From NCBI GenBank assembly GCA_964540605.1, contig CAZINM010000001.1, positions 1 to 39,778 of the forward strand: a DNA stretch of 39,778 nucleotides. The letters run 5' to 3'. The notes below the pieces were generated by a model. That model ran no database searches and was not told the origin of the DNA. It saw only the letters and a list, made by a program, of their open reading frames with translations. Positions 34,530 to 39,778 of the stretch are shown here, piece by piece (position 1 is the stretch's first letter; each line of letters begins with the position of its first letter). Both the position numbers and the translations under genes were made by a program. The DNA comes from an uncultured Candidatus Saccharibacteria bacterium. GTDB lineage: Bacteria > Patescibacteriota > Dojkabacteria > SC72 > JAHDCA01.

Positions 34530-35801
34530 ATGATAGATATAAAAAGAATTGTTGAGAATCGAGATGAAGTTGAGAGAGCTCTGCTTAAAAGGATGGATAA
34601 AGCATCTCTTGACCTTGATACTATCTTAGAAACATATAAGAAAAAGGTTGATCTGCAAAGAGATTATGAGAAATTAAGAGCAGACCAGAATTCTTATAAC
34701 GACAAGATGGCTTCAGTAGAAAAGGGAAGTGCTGAATTCAAAGAATTGATCGAGATGCTTAAAACAAAGGCAGGTGAAGTTAAAGAAGCTGAGGAATTGG
34801 TAAGAACTGAAAGTGAAAAATTGGACAGTCTAGTTGAAGTTCTTCCAAATATACCAGATGAAGATGTTGTTGCTGGAGAGAAGGAGAATAATGAAGTAAT
34901 TGAAACTTATGGAGAAAAGCCTCAGTTTGATTTCGAGATAAAAGATCATATTCAACTTGGTGACGAGTTGTCTTTGTTTGATTTTGATCGAGCGGCAAAA
35001 ATGGGCGGAGCTCAAATGGCTATGTATAGAGGAGATGGAGCATTACTAGAATTTGGATTGATCCAATTTTTCATTAGTGAGCATGTTAAAGATGGCTTTG
35101 AATTTATATTACCACCACATCTGTTAACAGAAGATGCTGCTTATGTAGCAGGACAATTACCAAAATTTAGGGAGGATGTTTATTGGACACAAGACGGATC
35201 TTGCTTGCTACCAACGGCAGAAACGGCTCTAGCTAACTTCTATAAAGATGAGGTTATTGAAGAGAAAGATCTTCCTAAGAAACTTTTTGGATATACTCCA
35301 TGCTATAGAAGAGAGGCTGGGAGTTATCGTGCTAATGAAAGGGGTTTAATGAGAATGCATCAATTCAATAAAGTTGAGATGTTCCAATATACAACTGATT
35401 TTGGCTCTGAAGAGGCCTTCTTAGAGTTAGTTAACAAGGCTTCGGATCTAGTTAAAAAATTGGGATTACACCACAATATTGTTAAATTAGCAGCCGGAGA
35501 TTGTTCTGCAGGAATGGCTAGAACTTATGATGTTGAAGTATATCTTCCATATTTAGAAAGGTATATTGAAGTAAGTTCGATATCTAATGCTCGAGATTAT
35601 CAGGCTAGAAGAGGGAATATGCGTTTTAAACCAACTGAAGGTGGTAAGCCAAGATTCATGCACACATTAAATGCTTCAGGATTAGCGACAAGTAGGTTAA
35701 TGGTTGCTATTGTCGAAACTTATCAAAACAAAGATGGCTCAATAACTGTACCTGAGGTGCTTCGAAAATTTGTTGGAAAGGATCTAATTAAGAAATCCTA
35801 G
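34530..35801 (+). CDS. serS: seryl-tRNA synthetase
   Basis: N-terminal coiled-coil arm (MIDIK.I.EN...V), class II motifs (..P.L.....YV.G.LPKF.ED.Y; CYRREAGS.....RGL.R.HQF.KVE; GLATSR...A..E..Q..DGS), and 423 aa length. Confidence 0.95.
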   Translation: MIDIKRIVENRDEVERALLKRMDKASLDLDTILETYKKKVDLQRDYEKLRADQNSYNDKMASVEKGSAEFKELIEMLKTKAGEVKEAEELVRTESEKLDSLVEVLPNIPDEDVVAGEKENNEVIETYGEKPQFDFEIKDHIQLGDELSLFDFDRAAKMGGAQMAMYRGDGALLEFGLIQFFISEHVKDGFEFILPPHLLTEDAAYVAGQLPKFREDVYWTQDGSCLLPTAETALANFYKDEVIEEKDLPKKLFGYTPCYRREAGSYRANERGLMRMHQFNKVEMFQYTTDFGSEEAFLELVNKASDLVKKLGLHHNIVKLAAGDCSAGMARTYDVEVYLPYLERYIEVSSISNARDYQARRGNMRFKPTEGGKPRFMHTLNASGLATSRLMVAIVETYQNKDGSITVPEVLRKFVGKDLIKKS

Positions 35802-35805
35802 CCGA

Positions 35806-36360
35806 ATGTCATTAAAACTTGGTATTGACCCTGAGAGGTCTTTCAAAAATCAGATGCATAATGTAGCAATTGAGGTCGTAAAATTGATCGACTCTCAGGG
35901 TATACCGGTGATTCACATAAATCCAAACTATTATCATATTGAGCTTTTTCAATTAAGTGGCGCGAGCAATCCTATAAGGTCGTTTTTAAGGAACTGGGTG
36001 TTAAGAAGATACCACATAAAACCTTTCGATCTTGCGATCGATCATGTTAAGTTAGGATCGGCAGGTCATATGCGCGAACTTGTTTCACTTCAAGTAGGTG
36101 AAGGGTCTGACCAGCTTAGGGATATTGTTTATGATCTTGCAAAAAGGCTTAATATCAAGAGAGTTAGATCATTTGATCCTTGTGTGAGGATTGGTAGGAT
36201 ATCTAAAGATCTTTCTGACCAGGAATATCATAATCTAGTTAACACAATCCAAGAATTCAATTTAACCTCAATTTCTAAAGTGAAATTTAAATTCAATGGA
36301 TTGAGCGTTTTACAAAGTAAAGATGGTCAGATAAAAGAGATCAAGAGATTTGCCACCTAA
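35806..36360 (+). CDS. hypothetical protein; 2H-phosphoesterase (LigT/ThpR)-like fold with both HxT/S motifs altered
   Basis: The layout parallels LigT. NYYHIELFQLSG stands where LigT has ..LHLTLAFLG, and FDPCVRIGRI where it has F.PHITL.R. Spacing and hydrophobic pattern are similar. Low-confidence family call. Confidence 0.4.
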   Translation: MSLKLGIDPERSFKNQMHNVAIEVVKLIDSQGIPVIHINPNYYHIELFQLSGASNPIRSFLRNWVLRRYHIKPFDLAIDHVKLGSAGHMRELVSLQVGEGSDQLRDIVYDLAKRLNIKRVRSFDPCVRIGRISKDLSDQEYHNLVNTIQEFNLTSISKVKFKFNGLSVLQSKDGQIKEIKRFAT

Positions 36361-36364
36361 AGTT

Positions 36365-37255
36365 CTAATTATGAAGGAAACTTTTTATATATCTTCTAGC
36401 TTCTGAGATATTTGTAACTTTTTCATGCTTTGTCTTATTCCTGAACCATGTTCTTTGCCTTTTAGCATATTGGATAGTGTGCCTTATGATCAGTCCTTTT
36501 ACTTCATCTAATGATATTTTATTCTCAAAATATTCTTTAAATTCCTGATAACCAATAATATTGAAATTTTTATTTTCATTTAAGATCTCTTTTTTATAGA
36601 TCTCTGCTTCTGAAAGTAGGCCATCTTCGAACATTTTCATAGTTCTTTGAAATATCTGCTCATCTAAAATATTTTTGGGCTTATCTATAAGTAGGAAAAG
36701 ATGATTCAATTCTTCTGACCTTTTAGGATCAACGCCTCTTCTAATTGCTCCAATTAAGCGCATTCTATTATTCTTATCACTATTGTTTAGCTTATATAGA
36801 TCATCTCCAAGCAATTGTTGAAGTTCGGAGATCGAAAAATTCTCATAATTTGAACTTTCTTTCTTATCTTGCTGGCCTAGATCATAATTATAGATCACAG
36901 AGTTGATATATAATCCTGTGCCTCCAACTAAAAATGCTGGTTTGTTGGGATCTAGTTGAGATAAAATAGAAAAGCATTCGCTTTGATACCTTTTTAGATC
37001 ATACTGCTTCGAAATCGATATGTGTCCATAAAGATAATGATCGATACCATTGATCACCCATTTATTATCCAAGACCTGCTCAGGTTGAGGTCTTGCAGTC
37101 CCAATCTTTAGCTCTTTATAGATCTGTTTTGAATCTGCGTTGATTATTACACCACCAAATTCTTTTGCTAATGATATACCTATGGCACTTTTTCCTGTTG
37201 CAGTAGATCCACCAATTACAATGATCGGTGGAATTGTTTTATTTTTTAGATCCAT
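36365..37255 (-). CDS. miaA: tRNA dimethylallyltransferase
   Basis: IIVIGGSTATGKSA..I.LA....G.IINADS.QIYK.L.IGTA.P P-loop block and a ..YAKRQ.TWFRN C-terminal block. Confidence 0.93.
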   Translation of the reverse strand: MDLKNKTIPPIIVIGGSTATGKSAIGISLAKEFGGVIINADSKQIYKELKIGTARPQPEQVLDNKWVINGIDHYLYGHISISKQYDLKRYQSECFSILSQLDPNKPAFLVGGTGLYINSVIYNYDLGQQDKKESSNYENFSISELQQLLGDDLYKLNNSDKNNRMRLIGAIRRGVDPKRSEELNHLFLLIDKPKNILDEQIFQRTMKMFEDGLLSEAEIYKKEILNENKNFNIIGYQEFKEYFENKISLDEVKGLIIRHTIQYAKRQRTWFRNKTKHEKVTNISEARRYIKSFLHN

Positions 37256-37772
37256 CTGTATCTGGAAATATCTTTCTAACGATAATATGGTTTAAAGCTG
37301 TTATTACAATGACTGTAAAAGAGATCGAAAGTATTATCTGACCAACTGGGGAAGGAATGAATAACCCTATAGATACACCCAAGATCATCATTATAATAAT
37401 TGTATTTATTGAATTTTTAAAATGAGCTCTGTTTATCACATCGGGATCGAAATTCTTTTTTCCTAGACCAGAGATCATGTCAAAACCGTATTTTGAAAGC
37501 ATTAACGAATTAATTAATAGTACTGATATAAGGCCAATTTGATTAAGTCCTGTCGTAATACTGGCGAAATAGAGCTCATTAATTAGTGCAATAACAAGAT
37601 AAAGGCATAATAGAACTATTTGGGAAAGCATGGAAAATAAGAATAATTTTTTTGAGGCTATTTTGAAATAGAAATATAGGGACATAGGGATGCAAAGCAA
37701 GATTATCAATAGAACGAACTTAAGTAGCTCATGATCTGTATAAATATTTAAAACATTGTTTATGTAATTCAT
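37239..37772 (-). CDS. small polytopic membrane protein (possible SecF-like transmembrane remnant)
   Basis: 177 aa, about 5 TM. ATGA overlap with the upstream SecD-like gene and a 17-nt overlap with miaA. The loop ..VINRAHFKNSINTIIIM.. loosely recalls the SecF ..IN.SINQT..RTI.T segment. Confidence 0.4.
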   Translation of the reverse strand: MNYINNVLNIYTDHELLKFVLLIILLCIPMSLYFYFKIASKKLFLFSMLSQIVLLCLYLVIALINELYFASITTGLNQIGLISVLLINSLMLSKYGFDMISGLGKKNFDPDVINRAHFKNSINTIIIMMILGVSIGLFIPSPVGQIILSISFTVIVITALNHIIVRKIFPDTDGSKK

Positions 37773-39265
37773 TTCTGTATCAGATATCTCATATTATTTG
37801 TGAACCAGATAAGCAATTCTCTCATTACAGTAGCTATAGACGATATAATAAAAAGCTGCAACATCGCTAGATGGAGGAATCCACTAGAGAGGAGAGTTAG
37901 TAATAATAAAGCGATCAAATATTGGATTTTGATCGAATGTAGTTTATCTCGAGAGAATGTAAGTAAACAGATATAAGTCAGAGATAATGCTCCAGATATA
38001 ACAACAATTGGTAGATCAACCTTTATTGTGAAGAATTTCCAAATAACGAACCAAATAGCATTTGTGAATAATACTGTTGATATAAAAATTGTACTTCTAT
38101 AAAGGCTTTTATTATTAAAAGCGAGAAAAAGTGTTAGCAAGATCACTGCACCTAGCATAACAAAGAATGCTGTCATGTAATCGATATTTGGAATTGTTAA
38201 TTCACCTTCAGTTGATTCCTCATATACCTCGTAATCTGCTTCAATAACTCCTGAATTAAAAAGGATCTTTGCTAATTTGGCATCTTCAGGATCTTGCCCA
38301 ACAACTGGAGCAAATTCAGGATTATACGAGCCACCATTTGAAAGATCTTTATCAAATTGGGTTGGTACATAATAAGGTGTCACAAAGCCATCGATCTCTA
38401 TTCCGATCATTTGTCCTGCATATTTATCCATTAGGTTGAAAAAACTACTCCTGTTTATAAGTTTGACTTTATAAATCGAGAAATAAGCACTATCACCTGT
38501 ACTAGTTGGAAGCTCTTTGATCGCAATATTGCGGAAAGAATTTCTATCGAATCCAGACTTATCATAATTTTCAGGTAAGTATTGAGCAATAGGACTCTCC
38601 GGATCGTCGAAAACTGCATCTTCTTTCGGTGTGACGATCTCGAGATCGTTACGAGCTCGTACTAGGGTATCTACATAAGTAAGATCTTTTGATGTCTCAA
38701 CAACAACTTTTATATATTTTTTCACCTTATCTACTTCTTGATCATCACCACTTAATAGATCTGATTCCTCTCCTAATGATGGTTCATTTTCATTCAGATC
38801 ATTCACTAATAATGGATCTTCATTTTCAGTCGTTTCTGCATCTTGAGTTTCATCTACAGCACTATCTGTTTCAGATAATACAACCTCTTCTGATCCTTCA
38901 GTATCAATGTCTGTATCTGTTTCTATAAAATCTTCTTCTTCAACTTGATGATCATAGAACCTTGTAACTTCAACACCGTATCGATCTAATCTTTTATTGA
39001 TTATATTTTTCACCTCATTCACTTCATTATCAGCAGAAGCCTCATCGGAAACATTTACCTGTAAGATGTATGTTTTTAAGTTGTAATCATTATCTTTTGG
39101 ATTTAGATTAAAGCTCATCCAATCAATATATTTCTCAGTAAATGGTAGAGAGATTAGTAAAGCAATAATTATTGAGGCTGCAAAAATTGCTAAAGGTATA
39201 TTTTTTAAAAATCGAGCGATTGAAGCTTTTAATTTAGGATTACTTTTAATTCGTATTCTTTTCAT
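37769..39265 (-). CDS. SecD-like membrane protein, divergent, with large acidic insertion
   Basis: One N-terminal TM, then a periplasmic region with SecD P1-like blocks (VNEVKNIINKRLDRYGVEV; MIGIEIDGF; DPEDAKLAKILFNSGVIE), then about 5 C-terminal TM. An insert of about 70 aa with more than half D/E lies at nt 38729-38947. Confidence 0.5.
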   Translation of the reverse strand: MKRIRIKSNPKLKASIARFLKNIPLAIFAASIIIALLISLPFTEKYIDWMSFNLNPKDNDYNLKTYILQVNVSDEASADNEVNEVKNIINKRLDRYGVEVTRFYDHQVEEEDFIETDTDIDTEGSEEVVLSETDSAVDETQDAETTENEDPLLVNDLNENEPSLGEESDLLSGDDQEVDKVKKYIKVVVETSKDLTYVDTLVRARNDLEIVTPKEDAVFDDPESPIAQYLPENYDKSGFDRNSFRNIAIKELPTSTGDSAYFSIYKVKLINRSSFFNLMDKYAGQMIGIEIDGFVTPYYVPTQFDKDLSNGGSYNPEFAPVVGQDPEDAKLAKILFNSGVIEADYEVYEESTEGELTIPNIDYMTAFFVMLGAVILLTLFLAFNNKSLYRSTIFISTVLFTNAIWFVIWKFFTIKVDLPIVVISGALSLTYICLLTFSRDKLHSIKIQYLIALLLLTLLSSGFLHLAMLQLFIISSIATVMRELLIWFTNNMRYLIQK

Positions 39266-39275
39266 ATCATATTAG

Positions 39276-39778
39276 TTAAATAAGATTACTTTGATCTCCA
39301 ATTATTATAATTTTATCTCCTCTAAGAATATTTAGAAGGAAATCATCTCGCTTTTTGTGATGGAATTCAATATCTGAAGGTTTTAATACCGTTATCCTTA
39401 ACTCTTTACCAACTTTTTCTTCAACAGATTTCAGTAAACCTACAATATCATTAACATTTGATTCTGTAAGGATCAACATATCAATGTCGTAATCATTCTG
39501 ATAATCATTTTTTAGATAATTCTCAGTAATAACAGCGGTTTGGATCCTATCATCAGATGATAATATCTTATGAATATCTGTAACATCTTTTCTATCAATG
39601 TAGAAAAGATCTCTTAATATAGTTAAATAGGGACTTTTATCGTTCAAAAAATAGAATAATTTATTCCCTCTTTTTTTCGATATTAAAAGCTCTGAAGCTT
39701 CTAGATTTTGGAGCTCTCTTCGAACAGCATTTATCTCTTCATCGAGTATTCTTACCAAACCTCTCACATGATATTCTT
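39276..39778 (-). CDS. winged-helix regulator with C-terminal nucleotidyltransferase-like domain (5' end probably beyond the window)
   Basis: ..VRGLVRILDEEINAVRRELQNLE...LL....GN...Y..N recognition helix and wing, followed by YDIDMLIL.......I...L...E...G.E...TVL. The frame stays open to the window edge upstream of the GTG at 39767. Confidence 0.55.
   Translation of the reverse strand, partial: EYHVRGLVRILDEEINAVRRELQNLEASELLISKKRGNKLFYFLNDKSPYLTILRDLFYIDRKDVTDIHKILSSDDRIQTAVITENYLKNDYQNDYDIDMLILTESNVNDIVGLLKSVEEKVGKELRITVLKPSDIEFHHKKRDDFLLNILRGDKIIIIGDQSNLI

Noticed and set aside
28501-38928. Other antisense or alternative-frame ORFs (28501-28764, 29227-29508, 29658-29882, 30378-30719, 31975-32216, 34196-34489, 34780-35015, 38689-38928).
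   Set aside because: Each is nested within a longer ORF that has recognisable family features or membrane topology. The 38689-38928 frame is simply the complement of the acidic-insert repeats.

Overview
AT-rich bacterial chromosome segment with standard genetic code (TGA is used as a stop in ATGA overlaps). About 17.4 kb (1-17438, + strand) is one uninterrupted translation-apparatus block. Its order is fusA(3' end)-tuf-S10/spc/alpha ribosomal-protein clusters-secY-adk-map-infA-rpmJ-rpsM-rpsK-rpsD-rpoA-rplQ-rplM-rpsI. The rest is mostly RNA-metabolism housekeeping: RNase P RNA, fmt, queA, tgt, rny, ymdB-like, HU, two Gre factors, tRNA-Glu(CUC), trmD, serS and miaA. Membrane or hypothetical genes are interspersed. 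No mobile elements, CRISPR arrays, rRNA genes or obvious defence/toxin modules were seen. uL30 and uL29 are absent from their canonical slots, several r-proteins carry Lys-rich tails, most genes lack a Shine-Dalgarno, and several enzyme homologues look divergent; together these fit a reduced, fast-evolving genome of the Patescibacteria/CPR type (inference only). I found no clear multi-gene novel system, and most of the window is ordinary core genome. The items most worth follow-up are listed here. (1) The EF-Tu at the canonical locus has its guanine-recognition boxes changed (NKFG for NKxD, DAL for SAL). (2) A set of intact ORFs are recognisable homologues of ComM/YifB, LigT/2H phosphoesterase, M49/DPP-III and SecD/SecF but have lost canonical catalytic residues. 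(3) The RNase P RNA has a strongly shortened P15-P18 region. (4) uL29 is missing, with a 16-codon mini-ORF in its place. (5) A four-gene cluster combines the M49-like protein, a small basic protein and two ABC-2-type permeases, with no ATPase gene in the window. All family assignments come from reading the translations and recalling motifs; no database search was run.
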